From an uncultured Pseudomonadales bacterium (GTDB taxonomy: Bacteria > Patescibacteriota > Microgenomatia > UBA1400 > PJMF01), in contig CAZWKL010000006.1 of assembly GCA_964633875.1 (NCBI GenBank), positions 19,144-83,143 of the forward strand: 64,000 nucleotides of DNA, written 5' to 3'. Shown here piece after piece: positions 44,902 to 52,885 of the stretch. Made by a program: the position numbers and the translations under genes. The notes beneath the pieces were generated by a model that had not been told where the DNA came from, made no database searches, and saw only the letters and a list, made by a program, of their open reading frames with translations. Within the stretch, counting starts at the first letter, position 1. Every line of letters starts with the position of its first letter.

Positions 44902-46965
44902 ATGTCGAATTTGCTGTCCAACCTACCACTACCTTTCGGAAAGAAAAAGTCCGCCAACAACGCGGACGGGACTAGCGAAACCGATTACGAGCAACGCAAC
45001 CTAGAAAAGCTCAAAGAGTTCTCTCGCGGCCTGGTCACCATTCAAGATATTATTGCCCCCGAAGCAATTGAGGTGGATTTCACCTACCAAAAAATCAATT
45101 CCACCTACACTAGAACTTTGTTTGTGGCCGGCTATCCGCGTGCGGTTCCGGCCAACTGGCTCTCGCCGTTGATCAATTTCCCCTGGCAACTGGCGGTTTC
45201 CATGTTTATTTTTCCGGTTGATTCCGCCGAAATTCTCGACAACCTCAAGCGGAAAATCACAGAAATGGAAGCGGAAATTCAATCAGATCTTCGCTCGGGC
45301 AAAATCAGCAACATCAACACCGAGGTCAAGCTTGAAGACGCCCGCTTTATCCGTGAGGAATTGGCCAAAGGCAGTGAACGCTTTTACCAATTTGGCCTCT
45401 ATGTTACTCTTCAGGCTCAAAACAAAGACGATCTCGACAGAGTTACCAAAGCGGTGCAGTCTTCGCTGGGCTCGCTGTTGATCGTCTCAAAAAAAGCCAC
45501 CCTCCAGATGGATGAGGGCTTCAAAACCACCCTGCCTATGGGCACCGACAAGCTACTGGTCACACGTAACATGGACACCACCTCGCTGGCCACCACTTTT
45601 CCTTTCACTTCTTCTGAGCTAACCATGGAAACCGGCATCATGTACGGCATCAACGAGCATAACGATTCGCTGGTTATTTTTGACCGTTTCAAAATGGAAA
45701 ACGCCAACATGGTGATTTTTGCCAAGTCTGGTGCGGGTAAGTCTTACACGGTTAAACTGGAAATTCTCCGCCAGCTGATGTTTGGCGCCGAAGTGCTGGT
45801 GATGGACCCAGAGCATGAGTATGAAGAACTGACCAAGGCTGTGGGCGGCGAGTATATCAATTTCACCTTTGATTCAAACACCAAGATCAACCCCTTCGAC
45901 CTCTCCAACCTTTACGAAGAAGGAGAAAATGAACTGGGTCAGAAAATTATTTCGCTGCACGGACTGCTTAAAGTGATGTTGGGCAGCATGACGCCGCAGC
46001 AAGACGCCATGCTGGACCGGGCGCTGGTGGCTGCTTACAAAGCCAAAGGTATTACTCCTGATCCAGCCACCCAAACCAACGAGCCGCCGCTGATGGAAGA
46101 TGTTTACAAGGCTCTGATTGGCATGGAGGACAAGGACGCCGACGACATCGCCGTGCGCCTGGAAAAATTCATCACCGGCTCGTTTCGCGGCATCTTTGAC
46201 CAGCCGTCCAATCTCGACATTCGAAACCAACTAACAGTTTTTTCCGTCAAGGAAATGGAAGAAGATCTCCGCCCGATAGCCATGTATATTATTTTAGACT
46301 TCATCTGGACCAGAATTAAAAAAGATCTCAAAAGGCGCATTTTGGTGGTTGATGAGGCTTGGTATTTCATGAAGCATCAAGATTCTGCTTCTTTTCTGCA
46401 CTCAATGGTGAAGCGGGCCAGAAAATACTATCTTGGTATTACCACCATTACTCAGGATGTAGAAGACTTTTTACACAACGACTACGGCCGGGCCATCGTC
46501 ACTAACGCCTCTATTCAGTTTTTGATGAAGCAGTCTACCGCCTCCATTCCGATTTTGGCCGAAACCTTTTATCTCTCACAGGGTGAAAGGCAGCTATTGG
46601 TCACTTCAGACATTGGTGAGGGCATTTTCTTTTCCGGTCAAAACCACGTGGCCATGCGGGTTGTCGCCAGTCAAGAAGAACATGATTTAATCACCACCAA
46701 CCCCGAGGAAATTTTGAGGCGCCGGCAAGAGCAGCAGGCCCGGGCGGCTCAAGGGCTAAATGACAGCGGCAACCCGCCTCAAAACTCTCGGCCGGCACCT
46801 TTTCAGGCGGCTCAGGGCGGATTAATGGGAGGAAATCAGGAGCAATCGCCAGCTCAAAACGATCGGCCTGCACCCGAATCAGAGCCTTCCAGACAATCTC
46901 CGCGCCAGGCTGGCTCTCACACCATCGAAGATTACACCGCGCCAACAACTCGAAGTGAAGATTGA
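44902..46965 (+). CDS. VirB4/TrbE/PrgJ-like T4SS ATPase
   Basis: N-domain ...RTLFVAGYPRAVPANWLSPLINF...; Walker A FAKSGAGKSY; Walker B ILVVDEAWYF; 688 aa. ATG lies 8 nt after TACAAT (44888-44893). Confidence 0.75.
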   Translation: MSNLLSNLPLPFGKKKSANNADGTSETDYEQRNLEKLKEFSRGLVTIQDIIAPEAIEVDFTYQKINSTYTRTLFVAGYPRAVPANWLSPLINFPWQLAVSMFIFPVDSAEILDNLKRKITEMEAEIQSDLRSGKISNINTEVKLEDARFIREELAKGSERFYQFGLYVTLQAQNKDDLDRVTKAVQSSLGSLLIVSKKATLQMDEGFKTTLPMGTDKLLVTRNMDTTSLATTFPFTSSELTMETGIMYGINEHNDSLVIFDRFKMENANMVIFAKSGAGKSYTVKLEILRQLMFGAEVLVMDPEHEYEELTKAVGGEYINFTFDSNTKINPFDLSNLYEEGENELGQKIISLHGLLKVMLGSMTPQQDAMLDRALVAAYKAKGITPDPATQTNEPPLMEDVYKALIGMEDKDADDIAVRLEKFITGSFRGIFDQPSNLDIRNQLTVFSVKEMEEDLRPIAMYIILDFIWTRIKKDLKRRILVVDEAWYFMKHQDSASFLHSMVKRARKYYLGITTITQDVEDFLHNDYGRAIVTNASIQFLMKQSTASIPILAETFYLSQGERQLLVTSDIGEGIFFSGQNHVAMRVVASQEEHDLITTNPEEILRRRQEQQARAAQGLNDSGNPPQNSRPAPFQAAQGGLMGGNQEQSPAQNDRPAPESEPSRQSPRQAGSHTIEDYTAPTTRSED

Positions 46966-47163
46966 TAAATCAAGCCTTTTCTCTACTTGCTTAATGTGGA
47001 AAACTTTGTGTATAAAGTGAGTTGAATTTCATTAAGTCTTTTTAGACTAACCTGCCCCTGAGTTTTAACCAATGTCCTGGAGAATTAGCTCACGGGTTGT
47101 AGCTTCGACTAAGTTTTGGCTTCGACTAAAAAAAATACAAACAAAACGAACAAGAGAAGGAAA

Positions 47164-48738
47164 ATGTTACAAACCGCACTACCCGCCGCAGAAACAAAAA
47201 AAATTTGGCAGCAAACCTGTTCACAGTTACAACTACAGCTTTCTCCCGCGGTGTACAGCACCTGGATTATTTCCAACCCCATTACCAGCATTGTTTATCA
47301 AGATGAAAATACAGCTGAAATAATCATCACCAGCCCCACCGCCTTCCACTCCACCAATCTCAAAAAAAACCTGCACATTCATCTCAAAAACGCCCTCGAC
47401 AGAATCATTGGTCGAGATACCACCATCATTTACAAAGTGGGTGATCCGTCAGCGTCTTCGTCGGAGCCCAAAAATCAGCAAGGTTTTCAGGCCATCAGGG
47501 CCACCATTCTTCCCGATCCCCCTCAACAAAACGCCCCAGAAACAGCGGGTTTTGTAGAGGGAGCGGAACAAGTTGGTTTTTCAACTCAAGACCAAGCGCC
47601 TTTTTCCTCAGCCAGCGCTTCGGGAGCGGCTTCTCCGCGGGTGGAGGATCTTTTTTCCGAAGACATTATGAAGTCGGCCGCCCTCGATCGCACTCAGGCC
47701 ATTGCCAGAAAAGTGGGGCTGCGGGCGGATTATACCTTCACCACCTTTGCTGTTTCCACCACCAACGAAATGGCCCACGCGGCGGCTACCGCCGTTTCCA
47801 ACCGCCCCGGCCAGTCGTACAACCCACTTTTTCTTTACGGCGGGGTGGGGGTGGGCAAAACTCACTTGATGCACGCCATCGGTTTTAACATCCTTTCCAA
47901 CAACCCCAACACCCGGATTATCTACTGCACCGGCGAGGAGTTCACCAACGAAATTGTTCACGCCATCCAGACTAAAAAAGCCAACACCTTTAAATCAAAG
48001 TACCGCAACGCCGACGTGCTATTAATTGACGACGTCCAGTTCATCGCCGGCAAAAACGCGGTTCAGGAGGAGTTTTTCCATACCTTCAACGCCCTCACCA
48101 AACAACAAAGTCAAATTGTTTTGACCTCAGACCGCCCGCCCTACGAAATCACCCTCCTTGAGGACCGGCTGCGCTCGCGCTTTGAAGCGGGGTTGATGAT
48201 TGACATTCAGCAGCCATCTTTTGAACTGCGCACCGCCATTTTGCTGGTCAAAGCCAAGGCTGCCAAACTACAAATTCCCATCGAGTTGGCCAAAACCATT
48301 GCTTCGCAAGTGGAAAGTGCAAGGAAAATAGAAGGAATTATCACTAGTATTAGATCAGCGGTGGAGTTGAGAAACAGAGAAATTACTCCTGAGCTGATCG
48401 AGGAAATTCTCAAGGTTGAGATTACCGACAAGCGGCCGCCCATCAAGGCCTCGCCCCAGGATGTAATCAGAACCGTGGCCAACCACTACCACCTCAAGCA
48501 AACGGCCATCAAGGGCAAAAGGCGGGTAAAATCATTGGTGCAAGCCAGGCACGTAGCCATGTATTTGCTCAAAGAAGAACTTGACTTGCCGCTGGTGGAG
48601 ATCGGTAAGTGGTTCTCCAACCGCGACCACACCACCGTGCTGCACGCGGTCAACAAAATTGAAGACTTAATTGTGGGAGATATCAGGATGCAAAGGGATG
48701 TTTCCGCCCTCAGAATGACTTTGGCGGCCACTAACTAG
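47164..48738 (+). CDS. dnaA: chromosomal replication initiator protein DnaA
   Basis: AAA+ Walker A NPLFLYGGVGVGKTHL; IDDVQFIAGK; C-terminal DNA-binding signature VAMYLLKEELDLPLVEIGKWFSNRDHTTVLHAVNKIE. The ORF-track start 47116 is possible; the ATG at 47164 has an RBS (agaagga). Confidence 0.9.
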   Translation: MLQTALPAAETKKIWQQTCSQLQLQLSPAVYSTWIISNPITSIVYQDENTAEIIITSPTAFHSTNLKKNLHIHLKNALDRIIGRDTTIIYKVGDPSASSSEPKNQQGFQAIRATILPDPPQQNAPETAGFVEGAEQVGFSTQDQAPFSSASASGAASPRVEDLFSEDIMKSAALDRTQAIARKVGLRADYTFTTFAVSTTNEMAHAAATAVSNRPGQSYNPLFLYGGVGVGKTHLMHAIGFNILSNNPNTRIIYCTGEEFTNEIVHAIQTKKANTFKSKYRNADVLLIDDVQFIAGKNAVQEEFFHTFNALTKQQSQIVLTSDRPPYEITLLEDRLRSRFEAGLMIDIQQPSFELRTAILLVKAKAAKLQIPIELAKTIASQVESARKIEGIITSIRSAVELRNREITPELIEEILKVEITDKRPPIKASPQDVIRTVANHYHLKQTAIKGKRRVKSLVQARHVAMYLLKEELDLPLVEIGKWFSNRDHTTVLHAVNKIEDLIVGDIRMQRDVSALRMTLAATN

Positions 48739-49034
48739 GGGCAGCCGGTCACCAAGATTTCCACAAATGTGGAAAAGTCTGTTGAAAACGTGAGGATTGT
48801 AATGTGAACAGTTGTGAAGAAAGTGATTACAATGTGGATTGCGGGACTAAGTTCTCCAAATTACCAACAACAATCCAAAGTGATTGTTCACAACTGTCGC
48901 CAGAGGAATATCAACAATCAGTCCACGCCAGTTTTTCCAGAGGTGAAAACCGGCTTTTTCCACGTTTACCAATTCCTCTACTACTAACACAACTAGATTA
49001 ATATATATACTAAAAATAATTATTAGAAGAACTT
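48739..49034. other. putative oriC: DnaA-box cluster plus AT-rich unwinding element between dnaA and dnaN
   Basis: Inverted DnaA-box-like pair TTCCACAaaTGTGGAA (48759-48774); TGTGGATTG (48833-48841); TTGTTCACA (48894-48902); TTTTCCACG (48955-48963); AT-rich 48996-49030. Confidence 0.6.
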
Positions 49035-50159
49035 ATGAAAATTAAAGTTTTACAAGAAAACCTTAGTCAGTCGCTCAACTACCTGCAAAAGGCTATTCCT
49101 AACAAACCTCAGCTGCCGATTCTCTCGTCCATTCATATCCAGGTTAAGAAAAATGAATGCATTTTTTCTGCTACCGATTTATATCTGGGTGTTAGGTCTT
49201 CTGCGCAGGCAGAAGCAGATCAAACGGGAGAGATAGTAATTCCGGGAAAAGAGTTTCGAGAAATTATTACCTCTCTTCCTCCTGGAGTAATTACTCTTGA
49301 GTATGTAGACGGAACCCTAAGGATTAAGTCAAAGAAAACCAAAGTTGCTCTGCAGTGCTATAACAGCGAAGAATATCCGGACTTTCCTGCAGTAGAAGGA
49401 GATGAATATGCTCTTTCAGGTGATTATCTGAAAAAAATTGAGCAATACCTTTTATTTAGCGCCTCTAGCGACCAAGCAAGGCCGGTACTAACGGCAATTC
49501 TCTTTGATTTTGACGAAAGCGGTCTGAGAGTAGTGAGCACGGACGGCTTCAGGCTAAGCCTGATGCAATTAGGAGCAGACGCTGGAGTAAAAAATCGAGA
49601 CGACTCTGGCGGTCAGCTACTAGTGCCTGCAAAAGCGCTTGGTGAGGCATTTCGCATCAGCAGCCAGCTAGGTGTAGATGAGGTCCGTTTTAAAGTGTCT
49701 GAGGAGCTTAAACAAGTGTTTTTTTCCATCAACAGCGTTGAGATGTATGTGCGGCTGATTGAAGGCAGTTATCCTCCTTATGAAAAAATTATTCCCTCGT
49801 CTTCTTCCACCGAGGTTTCGTTCGATACTCAGGAGTTGACGAATAATATTAAGCAGGCGATGATTTTTGCCAGAGAATCTTCAAACATTGTTAAGTTCGA
49901 GTTTTCTTCTAAAAACTGCTCTGTTTTGGCTGAATCTCCTACCCTAGGATCTTTTGTCGGAGACCTGGAGCAGGCGGTTGTTAGTGGCGATCGGGCGGAA
50001 ATTGCTTTTAATGCCAGATATTTGTTGGATTTTCTTCAGGCAGTTAAGTCTGAAACGGTTAAATTTTCCATGACGGACAGCTTGAAACCGGCCACTTTCA
50101 CCACCGACGATTTGAGTAATTATCAGTATGTAGTTATGCCGTTCAAAGTGAACCGCTAA
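49035..50159 (+). CDS. dnaN: DNA polymerase III beta subunit (sliding clamp)
   Basis: 374 aa; N-terminal MKIKVLQENLSQSLNYLQKAIPNKPQLPIL pattern typical of DnaN; located after dnaA/oriC. Confidence 0.85.
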   Translation: MKIKVLQENLSQSLNYLQKAIPNKPQLPILSSIHIQVKKNECIFSATDLYLGVRSSAQAEADQTGEIVIPGKEFREIITSLPPGVITLEYVDGTLRIKSKKTKVALQCYNSEEYPDFPAVEGDEYALSGDYLKKIEQYLLFSASSDQARPVLTAILFDFDESGLRVVSTDGFRLSLMQLGADAGVKNRDDSGGQLLVPAKALGEAFRISSQLGVDEVRFKVSEELKQVFFSINSVEMYVRLIEGSYPPYEKIIPSSSSTEVSFDTQELTNNIKQAMIFARESSNIVKFEFSSKNCSVLAESPTLGSFVGDLEQAVVSGDRAEIAFNARYLLDFLQAVKSETVKFSMTDSLKPATFTTDDLSNYQYVVMPFKVNR

Positions 50160-50192
50160 CAATGGAGATAGTTCTAGCACACCTGAAAAGCT

Positions 50193-50201
50193 ATGCTATA
50201 A
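50193..50201 (+). promoter_or_regulatory. extended -10 promoter element TGCTATAAT upstream of rpmH
   Basis: TGnTATAAT match 10 nt upstream of the rpmH ATG. Confidence 0.4.
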
Positions 50202-50211
50202 TGTCGACCCT

Positions 50212-50346
50212 ATGCCAAAGAGAACCTGGAATCCTAAACAAAAAAAACGAGTGCGCAAATTTGGTTTTCGCAACAGAGCCAAGGGTGTGTTAAAAAACAG
50301 ACGCGCTAAGGGCCGCACTAAGTTAGCTCACTCCAAGAAACGGTAA
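50212..50346 (+). CDS. rpmH: 50S ribosomal protein L34
   Basis: 44-aa ORF MPKRTWNPKQKKRVRKFGFRNRAKGVLKNRRAKGRTKLAHSKKR, below the 60-aa ORF-track cutoff. Classic rpmH-rnpA context. Confidence 0.85.
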   Translation: MPKRTWNPKQKKRVRKFGFRNRAKGVLKNRRAKGRTKLAHSKKR

Positions 50347-50384
50347 TTTCAACTTCTTCGAGAGAATGAGATAATACACTTAAT

Positions 50385-50732
50385 ATGCTTCCTAAAAAGT
50401 TGAAGTTGAAATTGCGCGACGAGACGGATTTTTTTAAAAAAGCCAAGCGCGGTTTTTCAAAATCTTTCACTGTTTTTTATCAAAAGAGCCTTGCTGGCCC
50501 TCGGGTAGCCGTGGTGGTGCCTAAAAAAGTTTCCGCAAAAGCTGTAGAAAGAAACAGGATCAAAAGGCTGATGAGCGCGGTGGCGAGTGGCGTTGTAGCA
50601 ACCAGCCCAGATGTCCCCTACTCCATGGTCCTGGTGGCAAAAGCTACTGCCGGGAAAATGGACGATAGCGAACTTTTTGAAGAGATGAAACAAATGATTG
50701 AGAAAATAATCGAAGAACATGAAAAAAAATGA
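50385..50732 (+). CDS. rnpA: ribonuclease P protein component
   Basis: KAVERNRIKRLMSA motif (RnpA RNR-motif region); 115 aa. Confidence 0.75.
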   Translation: MLPKKLKLKLRDETDFFKKAKRGFSKSFTVFYQKSLAGPRVAVVVPKKVSAKAVERNRIKRLMSAVASGVVATSPDVPYSMVLVAKATAGKMDDSELFEEMKQMIEKIIEEHEKK

Positions 50733-50943
50733 AAAAACGACCGGGAACCAGTTTAAAATCATCCTGAGAGGATATCAGTTTTTCAGAACCGCCAGATACA
50801 ACTTTCTTTACAGCGCCTTTGGCTACGTCAGTCACTGCCGGCACCGGCCAGCTTGTGGTACGTATTTGCTGAGAAAAATCCAAAAAGAAGGCTTGCTCTT
50901 GGGAGGAGCTAAGGGTATACTGCGTGTTCTGCGCTGCTGGTAA
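50719..50943 (+). CDS. yidD: membrane protein insertion efficiency factor YidD
   Basis: CRHRPACGTY ... RVLRC matches the YidD Cys motif (CRFxPTCSxY...RC). Confidence 0.7.
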   Translation: MKKNEKTTGNQFKIILRGYQFFRTARYNFLYSAFGYVSHCRHRPACGTYLLRKIQKEGLLLGGAKGILRVLRCW

Positions 50944-51015
50944 TTTAGCTGATAACTTGGCACCAGTGGCACGTGGTACAATAAATACTTAGAACCGATT
51001 GAACAGAACCAGAGC

Positions 51016-51774
51016 ATGCAAGTTTTCTCAGAATTCCTTCTTAATATTTTGCTGTTTTTGACCGATATAACGGGCAATTTAGGCTTTTCTATTATTGTTT
51101 TTACGATTATCATTCGCACGGCTTTGCTGCCAGTGACAGTCCCCTCTCTTAAAGCCAGTCGCAAAATGCAAAGTCTGCAGCCGGAGATTAAGAAACTCAA
51201 GGCAAAATTCGGCAAAGACAAACAGGGTCTGCAGGCCGCCCAGATGGAGCTCTACAAAAAATATAACGTCAATCCCCTGGCGGGATGCTTGCCGCAAGTG
51301 GTTCAACTGGTGGTGCTGATTTTCCTCTATCGAGTGTTGATAAATTTCTTGGGTAATCCGGAGCTGAATGGCAACGGCATTAACACCAGCTTCCTTTGGC
51401 TTGACCTAACCCAAGCAGACAAACTTTTTATCCTGCCGGTTTTGGCTGCAACCACCCAGTTGGTGCTTTCAATTATGATTTCTCCGGGAGCAGAAAAGGC
51501 GGACGCTGTCCCCAACACCTCAAAGAAAAAAGCGGTCCAGGAAGCCAACAAAAAAGAAGAGGATTTTGCCGAGATGGCCCAGTCCATGCAGCAGCAGATG
51601 ATTTACATTATGCCGGTTTTTACCGGTATTATTGCCGCCACTTTTCCGTCTGGCCTGGCCCTTTATTGGGTAAGCACCACGGTCTTTAGTATTATTCAGC
51701 AGTTTTTTATTTCCGGGCCAGGAGGTCTGAAAATTTACGCCAACCGGACGTTAGCTTTATTGTCTAAGAATTAA
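51016..51774 (+). CDS. yidC: membrane protein insertase YidC/Oxa1 family (short form)
   Basis: ALLPVTVPSLKASRKMQSLQPEIKKLKAKFG...AQMELYKKYNVNPLAGCLP hallmark; five TM helices. Confidence 0.75.
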   Translation: MQVFSEFLLNILLFLTDITGNLGFSIIVFTIIIRTALLPVTVPSLKASRKMQSLQPEIKKLKAKFGKDKQGLQAAQMELYKKYNVNPLAGCLPQVVQLVVLIFLYRVLINFLGNPELNGNGINTSFLWLDLTQADKLFILPVLAATTQLVLSIMISPGAEKADAVPNTSKKKAVQEANKKEEDFAEMAQSMQQQMIYIMPVFTGIIAATFPSGLALYWVSTTVFSIIQQFFISGPGGLKIYANRTLALLSKN

Positions 51775-51792
51775 AAACATTGAAGGGTAGGT

Positions 51793-52251
51793 ATGACGAT
51801 TCCAGACTTTTTGCTCCAACTAACTGAACACTGCGGTTTAAGCGCGGAAGAAGCGAGTGTTTCCATGGAGGAAGACGGAGAAAACCTCTTGGTGCAACTG
51901 GATTTACCCGAGGTAGACTCCGGGCTTTTTATTGGCTATCATGGCGAAACCCTCAACTCGATCCAAAGAATTCTAAGACTAACTTTTCAGCGGGAAATTG
52001 ACAAGCGCATTAAACTCAACATCAACCAATATCGCGAAGGCAGGGAAGAAAAGCTGGTGGAAATGGCTAATAGCGCCGCCAAAAAGGTTTTGGAAACTGG
52101 CGAACGGCATGTTTTCAATTATTACCTTCCACCTCACGAAAGGTATGTGATCCACAGCACAATCTCTGATAATCCGGATTATACCGAACTGGAAAGTGTA
52201 TCAAGTGGTGAAGGAAAGGACCGCAAACTAGTCGTACAGTTGAGACGATGA
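51793..52251 (+). CDS. Jag/KhpB-like RNA-binding protein (KH + R3H)
   Basis: R3H-like segment ...YLPPHERYVIHSTISDNPDYTELESVSSGEGKDRKLVV; conserved position after yidC. Confidence 0.6.
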   Translation: MTIPDFLLQLTEHCGLSAEEASVSMEEDGENLLVQLDLPEVDSGLFIGYHGETLNSIQRILRLTFQREIDKRIKLNINQYREGREEKLVEMANSAAKKVLETGERHVFNYYLPPHERYVIHSTISDNPDYTELESVSSGEGKDRKLVVQLRR

Positions 52252-52382
52252 AAACACAATAAGATTTGGTTGGTTCCCACTAGTTTATAAGTACATTCAT
52301 AAGAAAAAAAGCCCGATGTATTGGTAAATTTTTACTATTCGGATACAAATATAATTCAAAAATTAATGGTTAAAGCAGTAAT

Positions 52383-52811
52383 ATGAGCATTGTTATTCAC
52401 ACCGACGGAGGGTCGAGAGGTAATCCCGGAAAAGCCGCCATCGGCGTTGTGGTTTTTGAGGGCGGCGAGGTCGTTTATGAGCTGTCTTCCTATATAGGCA
52501 TTGCCACCAACAACGAAGCCGAGTATCAAGCCCTCATTGCGGCCCTGGAGTGGTTGCGGGCCAATCAGGAAAAACTTGGGGAGAGAGCGGCCGGCCCGGT
52601 TGTTTTCAAATTGGATTCCAAGTTGGTAGTTGAGCAGGTGAATAAAAGATGGAAAATCAAAGAAGCAAGACTGAGAAACCTGGCAGAAAAATGCTGGGCG
52701 CTATTGGCGACAATTACCATACCAACCAAAATTACCCATGTTTTGCGATCTAGAAATGCCGACGCCGATGCCCTGGCTAATCAAGCCCTTGATGCCCAAG
52801 CCGGGCCGTAG
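52383..52811 (+). CDS. rnhA: ribonuclease H (RNase HI-like)
   Basis: IHTDGGSRGNPGKAAIGVV ... NNEAEYQALIAALEW catalytic-motif pattern (DEDD fold). Confidence 0.65.
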   Translation: MSIVIHTDGGSRGNPGKAAIGVVVFEGGEVVYELSSYIGIATNNEAEYQALIAALEWLRANQEKLGERAAGPVVFKLDSKLVVEQVNKRWKIKEARLRNLAEKCWALLATITIPTKITHVLRSRNADADALANQALDAQAGP

Positions 52812-52885
52812 TCGCCCTTTATCTGCCCCAAATTTTCCTCTAGAATACGTTTAGTACTAGTACAATTTTATTTTACAGCCTGCCT

